Shown: positions 9,676 to 18,560, counted from the stretch's first letter. The stretch: DNA of 32,000 bases from an uncultured archaeon (GCA_964547015.1 CAZJKT010000010.1:6694-38693), one strand, 5' to 3'. Notes: generated from the letters alone by a model not told the origin. Numbers and translations are program-made.

Positions 9676-12600
9676 TTATTTTCCCGCTTTTTTGATTTCC
9701 TGCTTAAGAGTCTTTTTCTGGTAAATTTTGCGGTTGGCAATTATAAGGACTAACCCAATAGCCAGAAGGAAGGCAATCCAAGGTATCTTTGAGCTTTCTT
9801 CGCAAAGTATAGGCACAGTTTTTTCGCTGATAAGGAGCGTCTTAAATTCAGATTTGTAATAGGCTTTTAGAGTGTATTCCCCATCATCGCAAAGGGGCAG
9901 AGGGATTTTAATTAAGGATTGTTTTGGAACTTCGTCAATCTCAATAATATCTGCATAGATGAGGTCTCTTGAAGGGTTTGGACCTGAGAATTCTATTTCG
10001 ATGTAGCCGTCTTTGTTATAGGGTATCAATATAAAATCAAGGAGCATATTTTCGCGGCAGGAATACTCCAGCTTATCAAGGCTCATTATAATTTTTGGGG
10101 GGCGTTCTCGGTAAGTTATATTGACGGTTATATTTTGGCCCGAAGCTATTTCGGGTATCGGAATATCTATTCCGGTATCGGTCCTTATAAAATCATGGCT
10201 GCACTCCAGAATATCCTTAATTTCCAGAGGCAAGGTCGCGTTAAAATATGCCCTTCTTGCAAAATTTTGGATGGTTAATTGGGTGTTGAAGGTTATTATG
10301 CCCTCGCCAACCTCAATTATTTCTGTCTTTCTGCCGACTTCAAGTATTGGGGGCGTTGTAAGTTCTAGAATATAAGTGGAGCGGGCATTTTGCGCAATGT
10401 TAACTATAAAGTTCACATATTGGGCCTCTTCCTCGTGGGGTATTTTTGAAGTTTCTCCGTTAACAGACTCAAGGACATGAACACTAAGCCGGTCATCATA
10501 AACTCCGAAAGAATAGCGTTCCCTTACCTGCCTTTCGTTAGGGTTTATTATATTTATGGCTTTTATCCATTTTACCGGGCTGCCGACTATGGCTTTTAGC
10601 GGTTCCCAGGGCCCTTCCCTAATTTCAAGGTCCTGCAGCCGCCAGTATTCTCTTCTTACTTGGGTCACAATGTCCTCGAAGAAATATTTGTCCTCATAAT
10701 AATTATACCCGTAGGCCCTGGTGATGATAGTGTTTGTGCCAAAAGGAAGCTCGGAGTAGTAATTGATGTTTATTGAGTCCCCCTCATAAAAGGTCAGAGG
10801 ATTTAGAGGGTCGGACTTTAATTGGACAATATATTCGCGGTATTCGGTTTCCCCTAATTTTTTTATCCCGTTGTCTTTTACCCCAAATAGGATATTTTCG
10901 GGTATTTCGCCTCTGACGGATATTAATTTTATGCTGTAAATGTCAAGCTTTGAATTGAGGGGAAGATATATGAAAAAGATCGGGTCCCTAAGGCCTTTTC
11001 CTCCGGTATCCACAACTCTGAAAGTTGCATTATTGAAGTGGAGCGACTCTGTGAGAAGAAAATCGTTTGCGTCTTTCCTTATTATTTCAAGAACAGGCAA
11101 AGGAGCGATTCCCCCCCCACCGCCGCCCCCTCCGGGAGCCGCTGAATAGATCCCCGGAATCGTGAGCTCACGGGTAAGTATTTTTTGAGCGGGCGTCCCG
11201 CTTTTAGTTTTCCCGATGGCTGTTAGTCCGAATTGGTAGGTTTTTTGCTCATCTTCTTTGCCGCTTGATAGAATATAGGTGATTTGCGCAATATCATTTT
11301 GCTGCATCGAGAGATTGCTTAGATATATCAGGCTTCTGCCGGGCATTGAGCTTACGGAAGTTATATTAATTTCAGCCCTTCCGCTGCCGTTGGCAATATA
11401 TGCCTTTAGCCCAGACAGTGTCCAGATTTCAGAATAGCTGATATTGAAGAGAATGGAATCCGCTTGAAGATTTGCGTGGCCGATATGCCTCATTGTATCT
11501 GTTACTTCAAGGCTTCTGCCGGATTCGCCATTGCTTAATATATCTATTCGCTTATCAGCCGAAAAATCCATCTGGTAGAGCGTTGGCATATCCATATAGC
11601 CCTGCAAAATCCCGCGATAGTAGGAGCTGCCCCACTTTACTTCCCAGTCATATGCCGCGGAGTAATATATTGCTTTATTTATCGGGTCTGTAGGCAATAC
11701 TGCCGCAGGAATTCCGGTGTCATACTCATCGGTGTAGACCACTTCGCCGGGCAGGATTTCCCGATTTGGGTTTCCGGAAAGTGAAGAGGTGTTTGAATCA
11801 ACTTCATAGAGCGCCCAGCTGTGCACGCGGTATATCTGGCCGTAAGCGATATTTTTCATAAATCCCCGCACCATCCAATTTGCTTTGGGGGTAATCTCAA
11901 CGCCCTGCCTGAGGCTGCCTCTTGAAAAGCGGTCGGCAAATGAAATCCCGCTAAATGAGGCGGATTGGGTATAGTCCACGAGGGTTTCTTGGGAATCTAT
12001 ATCCGCTGAAAGAATGCCTGAATCATAATTTATGTCCGGAGCTATTGATGCGTAAAGGGTTATGTTTGCGTAAGTCCTGAGGTTTCCTGTCCATACTGCT
12101 TTATCAAAATGCCCGTTTGAATTGGAGTCCAAAATTTCAATGCTTCCGGAACTTGAGGTAGCATTAATAATGTTCATTGAGTCCCCCCCTTCAAAAACAT
12201 CCCTGTTTGCGATAAAGTTTGCGGTTATACTATTGAGGTTTTCTGAGGCATTGAGGTGAATAATAAATTCAAGGGTGTTATTTTCAGGGCCGAGGTCATT
12301 TCCGCCGATGAGGTTACGGTAGCCCATCCTGATGCTTATTGATTTATTCTGGGAGAATGTGTAGGTTGTGGCTTCATTGCTTTCATTTGTTGAAATATAG
12401 AGCCTTGTGCGATCCCCGGAATATGGGGAGGCGGCAACTGCGGCATAAGCTGTGGAATTTATGAGGTTTGTGCGGTTTAGAGTTGAAAGCTCAATTACCA
12501 CATTTTGCAAAACATCCATGGTATTTGCAAGCTCCACCTCTATTGACCCCTCATTTGAAGAGCTTATCAATGTTCCGTTATAATGGCTATAGCTTAGGCT

Positions 12601-12705
12601 TCTCTCAATAATGTATGATGTCGGCACGCAAAGCCCGATTCCGGGAATAATGCATACTGCGATAAATGCCCCCAAAAGCAGAACGCTTTTTTTGCGGCGC
12701 TCCAT
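9676..12705 (-). CDS. Large type-I membrane/surface protein (N-terminal signal or anchor, C-terminal TM anchor), S-layer/adhesin-like
   Basis: 1,009 aa. The N-terminus is MERRKKSVLLLGAFIAVCIIPGIGLC (basic, then hydrophobic). The C-terminus is IPWIAFLLAIGLVLIIANRKIYQKK (TM plus a basic tail). Many N-x-S/T sequons and an internal G8 tract are present. Confidence 0.85.
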   Translation of the reverse strand: MERRKKSVLLLGAFIAVCIIPGIGLCVPTSYIIERSLSYSHYNGTLISSSNEGSIEVELANTMDVLQNVVIELSTLNRTNLINSTAYAAVAASPYSGDRTRLYISTNESNEATTYTFSQNKSISIRMGYRNLIGGNDLGPENNTLEFIIHLNASENLNSITANFIANRDVFEGGDSMNIINATSSSGSIEILDSNSNGHFDKAVWTGNLRTYANITLYASIAPDINYDSGILSADIDSQETLVDYTQSASFSGISFADRFSRGSLRQGVEITPKANWMVRGFMKNIAYGQIYRVHSWALYEVDSNTSSLSGNPNREILPGEVVYTDEYDTGIPAAVLPTDPINKAIYYSAAYDWEVKWGSSYYRGILQGYMDMPTLYQMDFSADKRIDILSNGESGRSLEVTDTMRHIGHANLQADSILFNISYSEIWTLSGLKAYIANGSGRAEINITSVSSMPGRSLIYLSNLSMQQNDIAQITYILSSGKEDEQKTYQFGLTAIGKTKSGTPAQKILTRELTIPGIYSAAPGGGGGGGGIAPLPVLEIIRKDANDFLLTESLHFNNATFRVVDTGGKGLRDPIFFIYLPLNSKLDIYSIKLISVRGEIPENILFGVKDNGIKKLGETEYREYIVQLKSDPLNPLTFYEGDSININYYSELPFGTNTIITRAYGYNYYEDKYFFEDIVTQVRREYWRLQDLEIREGPWEPLKAIVGSPVKWIKAINIINPNERQVRERYSFGVYDDRLSVHVLESVNGETSKIPHEEEAQYVNFIVNIAQNARSTYILELTTPPILEVGRKTEIIEVGEGIITFNTQLTIQNFARRAYFNATLPLEIKDILECSHDFIRTDTGIDIPIPEIASGQNITVNITYRERPPKIIMSLDKLEYSCRENMLLDFILIPYNKDGYIEIEFSGPNPSRDLIYADIIEIDEVPKQSLIKIPLPLCDDGEYTLKAYYKSEFKTLLISEKTVPILCEESSKIPWIAFLLAIGLVLIIANRKIYQKKTLKQEIKKAGK

Positions 12706-12753
12706 ATATAATCATGTTTTATCATAGAATAAAGCCTTTAGCAAGTATTTGGC

Positions 12754-12907
12754 TTGGGTTTGAGGACTTAAGGGTTAGGGATTGGGTTTGAGGACTTAAG
12801 GGTTAGGGATTGGGTTTGAGGATTTAGGGGTTAGGGATTGGGTTTGAGGATTTAAGGGTTAGGGATTGGGTTTAAGGACTTGAGGGTTAGGGCTTGAGGA
12901 TTTGATG
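12754..12907. repeat. Head-to-tail tandem repeat, 28-bp unit (TTGGGTTTGAGGACTTAAGGGTTAGGGA), 5 full copies plus a partial copy
   Basis: Units start at 12754, 12782, 12810, 12838 and 12866, with a partial copy at 12894-12907. Each unit has 1-3 substitutions. There are no spacers. It lies in the divergent intergenic region between the 9676-12705(-) and 13087-14253(+) genes. Confidence 0.95.
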
Positions 12908-12999
12908 TTTTGTATTTCAGTAATATTATATCCTAAAGTAGCCTGTTATCGGGTAATGATGCCCGCAAACTCTTTTAATTCTGATTTCCCGTAAATACC

Positions 13000-13015
13000 C
13001 CGACCCTTGGGTCGG
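13000..13015. repeat. Short perfect inverted repeat CCGACCC-TT-GGGTCGG
   Basis: Read directly from the sequence. It lies about 70 nt upstream of the ATG at 13087. Function unknown (operator or small hairpin). Confidence 0.5.
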
Positions 13016-13054
13016 TTGGGATAAAAGCGGTTGCAATAAGTTATTTTTTGCCCG

Positions 13055-13062
13055 ATATAAAA
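13055..13062 (+). promoter_or_regulatory. TATA-like box (ATATAAAA) upstream of the 13087 gene
   Basis: An AT-rich octamer about 25-32 nt upstream of the ATG, consistent with an archaeal promoter and a very short leader. Confidence 0.35.
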
Positions 13063-13086
13063 GCCTAATAAGCGGGAAAGATAATT

Positions 13087-14253
13087 ATGGGCAAAAATCT
13101 CAAAGGCGGCCTCATTGAAAACCAAATAAGCCTTGTATTTTTGGTTTTTATAGTGATACTTGTTTTTGTTGCGGGAGCTGTTGCAAAAATGCATACCCTC
13201 GTTGCGGGCCCGCCAATAAAGATTACGACATATGGGGAGCAGATTGGGCTTGATATTTTTCCGGTTTCGGCTTTAACCCTTCTTAATTCCGATCCCGGCT
13301 CGCAGAATGCTTTTGAGAGGATTGCAGATTACGGGGGGGATGGGGTAATAATTATGCCCCGTTCTAAATTTATAAGCTATTTTGAGGATAGCCCCGAATT
13401 TTATGATGTTGATTTTAGTTTCCTAAATGAAGCGCTTATGAAAATAGAGGAAGATTATAGCCGTGACGCTTTTCGGAGGGAGTTTTGCATGATAAAGCAC
13501 AGCCAGGGCCTTGATATCATTATTGGGCTTGACCCGATACTAAGGAAGAGCGAGAATAATCCCGGATGCAGCTATTATAACCCCATAGAAACGCCGTTTA
13601 CTTTCAGCAAAAATTTTCCCTATGAATGCAGTTTTGAGGAGAAGGGCATATTTTCGGCTTTGGGGGAAAATATGAGGGTCAGGATTGCTGTTTGCTGCAA
13701 GGGAATAAAGTCCTGCGCGAATTATAAGGCTGAAGTCGGATATGATTTCTGCAATTCAGACCCTTGCGGGGTCGGGCCTTGCAGGATTGTTGCAAAGGAA
13801 AAGAGGGTGTGCGCTGAAAGCTCCCCGCCTTCAATAAGCATTCTTGCCAGGCTTGAGGGCGATAGTGAAGCCGCTTTTTTCGATAATTTGCGCGAGTTAA
13901 GGTATAAGGCTGAAGGGGAGATGCTGCAGCCGATTAGGGTGGATTTTAGGATTTTGGTTCTTCCAAATGAGGAAAAATTCAGCCGGGCGGCAATAAGGTT
14001 TGGGGGCAGAGGCGGCGGTTTTTTTGAGGCCCCTTCCCTATATGAATTAGGAAATGTCCTTGAAAGCCATAATCTGGCTAATGTTGAATATATTTCCTCA
14101 AATAACCAAAACCCGCAAGACCCGGACATGTCTAAAGGGGCAAGCCTTACTTTTAAATGGGAATATGCAATGCCCGGCGAATATCCTGTTGAATATAAAG
14201 TGTGGCATGAAAGCGGGACTTCATCAGAAGTATACCTGGTGATTATAGAATAG
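13087..14253 (+). CDS. Cys-rich secreted/membrane-anchored protein with a class-III (type IV pilin-like) N-terminus
   Basis: The N-terminus is MGKNLKGGLIENQISLVFLVFIVILVFVAGAVA: short and basic, then Gly, then QISL plus a hydrophobic helix. This resembles the archaeal class-III signal (G|QISxEF...). The rest has about 14 Cys, including CCKGIKSC and CNSDPCGVGPC. Confidence 0.8.
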   Translation: MGKNLKGGLIENQISLVFLVFIVILVFVAGAVAKMHTLVAGPPIKITTYGEQIGLDIFPVSALTLLNSDPGSQNAFERIADYGGDGVIIMPRSKFISYFEDSPEFYDVDFSFLNEALMKIEEDYSRDAFRREFCMIKHSQGLDIIIGLDPILRKSENNPGCSYYNPIETPFTFSKNFPYECSFEEKGIFSALGENMRVRIAVCCKGIKSCANYKAEVGYDFCNSDPCGVGPCRIVAKEKRVCAESSPPSISILARLEGDSEAAFFDNLRELRYKAEGEMLQPIRVDFRILVLPNEEKFSRAAIRFGGRGGGFFEAPSLYELGNVLESHNLANVEYISSNNQNPQDPDMSKGASLTFKWEYAMPGEYPVEYKVWHESGTSSEVYLVIIE

Positions 14254-14282
14254 GTTCCTTTTAATCTAAGCCCTAATTATTT

Positions 14283-16022
14283 ATGGGCTTCCCTCTTTTA
14301 GGTATTACTGCCGCCGCTCTGATAATTGCGCTTGGGGCAACTATATTCTTTGGGGGAAATTTTGCGCAGGATTACCTGTTGGAACTTCCTGAGCAGCATC
14401 TGGGGCGGCTAATTGTCTCTTACCATACAATTGACCGGTCAATAAAATCGACATTGGACAATAATGCCGGAGCCATATTTGAAAAGGCCGCTGACCGCCC
14501 TTTGGACTGGAGCGGGCTGGAAAATAAGGGCTCGCAAGAGGCGGTAGGGGAGATTATTGAGATGTACAGATTAAGCCTTGAGGGGGCGGCTCAGGAATAT
14601 TTCAATTCGGTCAGTTATGTTGGCTCAGATGTTCAGGAGGTTGTTTCTGTTGGCAGTATTCTTGAGCTTGACGGCGAAGGGATGAAATGGGAGTATCGTT
14701 ACAAAATAGGGCTTCAAAATACCTATTCATGGGATATGCACCAGGGCCTTATAAGGAACACAATAAACTCTGAGGAAAGCCACGAAATTCAGTTTGAGTT
14801 TTTGGATTTGGAAAAAGCTCATCTGTGCGCAAAATCCTTTTTTCGTGAAGCCGGGAAGGGAATCAATATAGAGGGGGTTGAGAGGCTTAAGGCAAAACAG
14901 TACACCGACAGGGCGCTCAATGAATATGCTGCTGAGGTTTCGGGGACAGTTAATTGCGCGGGATTTTCTATTGAATCAAGGGTGATAACTTTGCCTTCCT
15001 GCATTTCGGACTTATGCGGCAATGAGGGCTGGGATAATGCGGATGTTGCCCTTATAATCAGAAAAACTTATTCAGCCAACCGCGCCTCAATAGCATTCAA
15101 AAACAGCATGGGCCTGTTTAAGGGCGGAGGAAAAAGGCTTATTTCTTGCCAGACGGGCTTGGACTGCATGGGGTCAGGGACAGGAGAGCTTGATTGCATA
15201 GGCGGATTTTGCGCATCCTGTTTAGGGCAATTTGAAGGAGCGGCTTGCTCGCCTTACGGGCAGGGAACTCCTTTAGGAAACAGCCAATGCTACAAGTATC
15301 TTCGGGATCTTTCCTCAGGAGCTTTTGAAGGCTATAAATGCCTGCCATCAAAAGAAGGGATTAGGATAAGCGACGGCGAGAGGTTTTATTCAGACGGCGA
15401 AGCAATTTCCGTAAACTGCGCATCTAAAGAAAAAAAGATTCGGCTTGTGAGCGCAAGCAAGGATGATTTGGATAGGGATTACACAAAGCTTTCAAAAGCC
15501 TATTTTAACGGAATTATTTTTAGCCCTTCCGGAGCCGGAGACTCCTTAGGCGAATATTATGATGTCTGCCTGCAAAGGGATTTTCCAAGAGTCAGCGGCA
15601 GGTTTGAGGTATACCTTAAGGATAGCTTAGGGGGAGATTTATATTACAGGGCGGCTTTAGCCTATCTGGATTATTCAATAGATGGATGTATATCTAAGCT
15701 CAACAGCAGACTTATAGGATTCACGCACAATTTTGATAAAACTTCTTGCGCAGGCCTTTACCGTGAAGCAAACCTTTCAATAAACCGGGCTATCCGGTCG
15801 GTGAACTGCCCGGGGTATCATGTTGGCATTATGGAAGCCCCGGCCCTTTCCAACTGCATCATTGAATGCGGATCTGTTTCTCTTGGAGATTGCGCAAAGG
15901 AAACCGCATGGGAAAGTGAGCTGTATTCGGCATACTTAATCGGAATATGGAAAGAAGGCAATGTTATGGAACGCGAAACAGCTCTTGCAACTTCAGGATA
16001 TATACTCAATTATTCGCCCTAA
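14283..16022 (+). CDS. Cys-rich secreted/membrane-anchored protein, function unknown
   Basis: 579 aa with an N-terminal hydrophobic helix (MGFPLLGITAAALIIALGATIFFGG). A Cys cluster is present (CQTGLDCMGSGTGELDCIGGFCASCLGQFEGAAC). It starts 29 nt after the previous gene on the same strand. Confidence 0.8.
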   Translation: MGFPLLGITAAALIIALGATIFFGGNFAQDYLLELPEQHLGRLIVSYHTIDRSIKSTLDNNAGAIFEKAADRPLDWSGLENKGSQEAVGEIIEMYRLSLEGAAQEYFNSVSYVGSDVQEVVSVGSILELDGEGMKWEYRYKIGLQNTYSWDMHQGLIRNTINSEESHEIQFEFLDLEKAHLCAKSFFREAGKGINIEGVERLKAKQYTDRALNEYAAEVSGTVNCAGFSIESRVITLPSCISDLCGNEGWDNADVALIIRKTYSANRASIAFKNSMGLFKGGGKRLISCQTGLDCMGSGTGELDCIGGFCASCLGQFEGAACSPYGQGTPLGNSQCYKYLRDLSSGAFEGYKCLPSKEGIRISDGERFYSDGEAISVNCASKEKKIRLVSASKDDLDRDYTKLSKAYFNGIIFSPSGAGDSLGEYYDVCLQRDFPRVSGRFEVYLKDSLGGDLYYRAALAYLDYSIDGCISKLNSRLIGFTHNFDKTSCAGLYREANLSINRAIRSVNCPGYHVGIMEAPALSNCIIECGSVSLGDCAKETAWESELYSAYLIGIWKEGNVMERETALATSGYILNYSP

Positions 16023-16025
16023 ATT

Positions 16026-16181
16026 ATGGAGATGCCCTCAAAAATGATTTTTGGAATCCTTTTGCTTATAATGGTGCTGGTTATTGTCCTTTACGGGATA
16101 ATTGACCAGGGGATAGTCCAGGGGCTGAATTCAATCCTTGATATTGCCCGAGAATGGCTCTCAAAGCTTCTTCCAAATTAG
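16026..16181 (+). CDS. Small (51 aa) single-pass membrane protein, absent from the supplied ORF track (below its size cut-off)
   Basis: ATG at 16026 lies 3 nt after the TAA of the upstream gene. My hand translation is MEMPSKMIFGILLLIMVLVIVLYGIIDQGIVQGLNSILDIAREWLSKLLPN, ending at TAG 16179-16181. It fills the whole gap before the convergent ATPase gene. Confidence 0.5.
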   Translation: MEMPSKMIFGILLLIMVLVIVLYGIIDQGIVQGLNSILDIAREWLSKLLPN

Positions 16182-16197
16182 AATAATTAAAATCAGG

Positions 16198-18480
16198 CTA
16201 TTCGAAAGGGTTTTCAAAGTCAGGCAGGCCTTTTTTCCCTTCGGTTTTTATATATTCCTTAAGCCAGGAATACCATCTTTTGTAGATTTCATCAGTGTCC
16301 AAAACCCCTATTTCTTTTTTGACCTGCTCGGAGAATATATGAAACATGTTGTTTGAAAGGACTATTGACTGGGCTTCAACAAGTTCGGGATTTCCTGTCT
16401 TTACAGACATTTCCGAAACAGTCTTTAGGATGTTTGCGCGCAGGTTAATGTTGCCCCATACTGCTTCCCATTCTCCCCTCCACTCTTTGACTCTTCTTGC
16501 AATGTCGGTTATCAGTTCGCTTTCGCCCGCAAGAAGGGTTGGGGTCGGCTCAAGCTCATCGGTTTTTGCATTATATTCCATCAAGTTAATAAAGCCCTTT
16601 TCCCTTGCAGGGTCCTCCTGCCAGTGCTTTCTGACCTCAGTTATCTCAACAGTCCTTCTAAAAGACCTAAGCCCGTCAGCGGATTTTAAGGAATTGTTTA
16701 TAACTACGAGGTCTGTTGCCTTAAAGGATGTTGGGGGCACATTAAGGTCATTTACTACCCTGTCAAACAGCCCGAAAGCGCTGTCGCCGTGTATAGTTCC
16801 GGCCACAACATTTGCCATTGCGCCTATTCGCATCGCCTCATAAAGGGCAAGCGCTTCCTTGCTTCTTACCTCACCGATAATAAGGCAGGAGTCCCCAAGG
16901 CGGAGAGAAACCCTTAAGGCCTCTTCTGCAGGAAGCTCTGTTTCAACCATTGTTATGACCGACCTTGATTTGAGCCTTGTTACATTGTAGCCCATTTCTC
17001 GGAATTTTGTCAGAGGAAGCTCGAGGGTGTCCTCCACAGAAATTATCCGTTTGCTCTTCATAATCTGGGTAATAATCGCGCCAAGCAGGGATGTTTTTCC
17101 GGCGCTTCTTGTCCCCCCTACAAGCATAGTCCTTCCCCCGTCAACCACAAACCATAAAAGCCCTGCCGCAAGAGGGGTCATCATCCTTTGGTTTATGAAT
17201 AGGGGCAGAGTCCATGGCCTTTCCCTGTGGCGCCTGAGGGCAAACCCAAGGCCGCCCGGAGAGAGCGACTGCATTATGGCGCAAATCCTTGCCCTTCCCC
17301 CGGGAATTGACAGCTCAGTGTCAAGGACAGGGTTTGCCTCATCAAGAGGCCTGCCTGAAGAAAGCCTAAGCCTTGTTGCAAGAAGCTCGGCATCCTCGCT
17401 TGTAAGCACAATATTTGTTATGCATTCCCCGACTTCGCCGTGGAGAAGGTAAATTGGCGAGGTTCCGGGAGGGGCATTAACATAGACATCCTGCACATTA
17501 TCATCAGAGAGTATGAGCTCAAGGATTCCGATTCCTGCCGTGTACCTTACAAGCACCCTTGCTATAATTTTTAGGCGCTCATCTGAGAGAACCATGTTAT
17601 CCTCGCTTGAAAGCTCCCTTAACATATCAAGGCCGATATTATAAAAACTTTGCCTTACTTCCTCTGATGCGAGCTCTTCTCTTTCAAGAGGGCGGTGGTT
17701 TGCCATGTATCTTCTGGCTTTGTCCAAAAGCGCGTATTCTTCCTCTTCCATTTTAAATTCAAGAGGGATTAAATGGTATAAGAACCGGACTTCTCGGGGT
17801 ATTCGGTAAACCTCCACTTTGGCGTCGGGTATTGTATAGCTGTTTACAAGTTCGGACCCTTCAGGGGGGGTGGCCATGAATTTCGTGTAGGTGAACCTTG
17901 GCCGAACCGATGGGATGAAGAGCTGGCGATATATTGTGCGCTCTCCGATTTTGTATCCGGGAAGGAGGTCTTTTGCCCTCTTTATAAGCTTTGTGCCTTC
18001 CAGCAGTTCTATTAGGGGAATGAGCGCATTTTCAAGGTAGTGGCCGTAACAATTATGGCAGATTCCCTTTGTGCGCTCGGAGAGGACTTTAATGTGGCGG
18101 ATTTTTCGCCTAAGCTTTACATAGGCGCCGACAGGGTCCGCTTTTAGCTGGATTAAGATTAGGTTTCTTAGGAAGTCCACCCTTTCGGATACGCACCGGT
18201 CGCATTTGTCGGTTACAAGATTTTGGTAGGAGGTGGCTTTCAGGTCGCGGGTCGCCCTCTCAATCACTTGGGCAATTTCTATAAGCATAAGGGCGGCTTC
18301 GTAATTATATTCATACTCCCTTTCTTTTTCAAGGATAATTGCCTTTGCGTCTTTTACTGCAATAAGGTGGTTTATTGCGGCGGACATGCATTGAGGGAAA
18401 TCCTCAATAGATGAGCCGTAGATGCACTTTAGGCACTCGATTTTCAGCACATTGTTCTTGTACTCATATTTGCAGGGCAT
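16198..18480 (-). CDS. Type II/IV secretion-family ATPase (archaeal ArlI/FlaI-PilB-like) with a long Cys-motif N-terminal extension
   Basis: Walker A is GGTRSAGKTS (about 17092-17118 on the + strand). DSCLIIGEVRSKEA matches the PDxIIVGEIR Walker B/Asp-box region. AGTIHGDSA is the His box. At 760 aa it is about 200 aa longer than a typical FlaI. The N-terminus has the CxxC-like pairs CLKC, CDRC and CHNC. Confidence 0.9.
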   Translation of the reverse strand: MPCKYEYKNNVLKIECLKCIYGSSIEDFPQCMSAAINHLIAVKDAKAIILEKEREYEYNYEAALMLIEIAQVIERATRDLKATSYQNLVTDKCDRCVSERVDFLRNLILIQLKADPVGAYVKLRRKIRHIKVLSERTKGICHNCYGHYLENALIPLIELLEGTKLIKRAKDLLPGYKIGERTIYRQLFIPSVRPRFTYTKFMATPPEGSELVNSYTIPDAKVEVYRIPREVRFLYHLIPLEFKMEEEEYALLDKARRYMANHRPLEREELASEEVRQSFYNIGLDMLRELSSEDNMVLSDERLKIIARVLVRYTAGIGILELILSDDNVQDVYVNAPPGTSPIYLLHGEVGECITNIVLTSEDAELLATRLRLSSGRPLDEANPVLDTELSIPGGRARICAIMQSLSPGGLGFALRRHRERPWTLPLFINQRMMTPLAAGLLWFVVDGGRTMLVGGTRSAGKTSLLGAIITQIMKSKRIISVEDTLELPLTKFREMGYNVTRLKSRSVITMVETELPAEEALRVSLRLGDSCLIIGEVRSKEALALYEAMRIGAMANVVAGTIHGDSAFGLFDRVVNDLNVPPTSFKATDLVVINNSLKSADGLRSFRRTVEITEVRKHWQEDPAREKGFINLMEYNAKTDELEPTPTLLAGESELITDIARRVKEWRGEWEAVWGNINLRANILKTVSEMSVKTGNPELVEAQSIVLSNNMFHIFSEQVKKEIGVLDTDEIYKRWYSWLKEYIKTEGKKGLPDFENPFE

Positions 18481-18532
18481 AATATTGTCTTTTTAGATTT
18501 CATTAAGGCTTTATTGCGGATTTTATGGAGCC

Positions 18533-18548
18533 CTAAATATATATAATA
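18533..18548 (+). promoter_or_regulatory. AT-rich TATA-like element (CTAAATATATATAATA) upstream of the 18561 gene
   Basis: It lies about 13-28 nt upstream of the ATG and is followed by GAGGG (18551-18555), a possible Shine-Dalgarno sequence. Confidence 0.3.
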
Positions 18549-18560
18549 TGAGGGATTATT

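Noticed and set aside
12754-12907. 28-bp repeat array as a CRISPR array
   Set aside because: The repeats are directly abutting with no spacers. No cas genes or leader are nearby. It is a simple tandem (minisatellite-like) repeat.
12946-13194. 82-aa minus-strand ORF in the intergenic region
   Set aside because: It overlaps the promoter and the start of the 13087 gene, and its basic, low-complexity sequence has no motif. It is probably non-coding.
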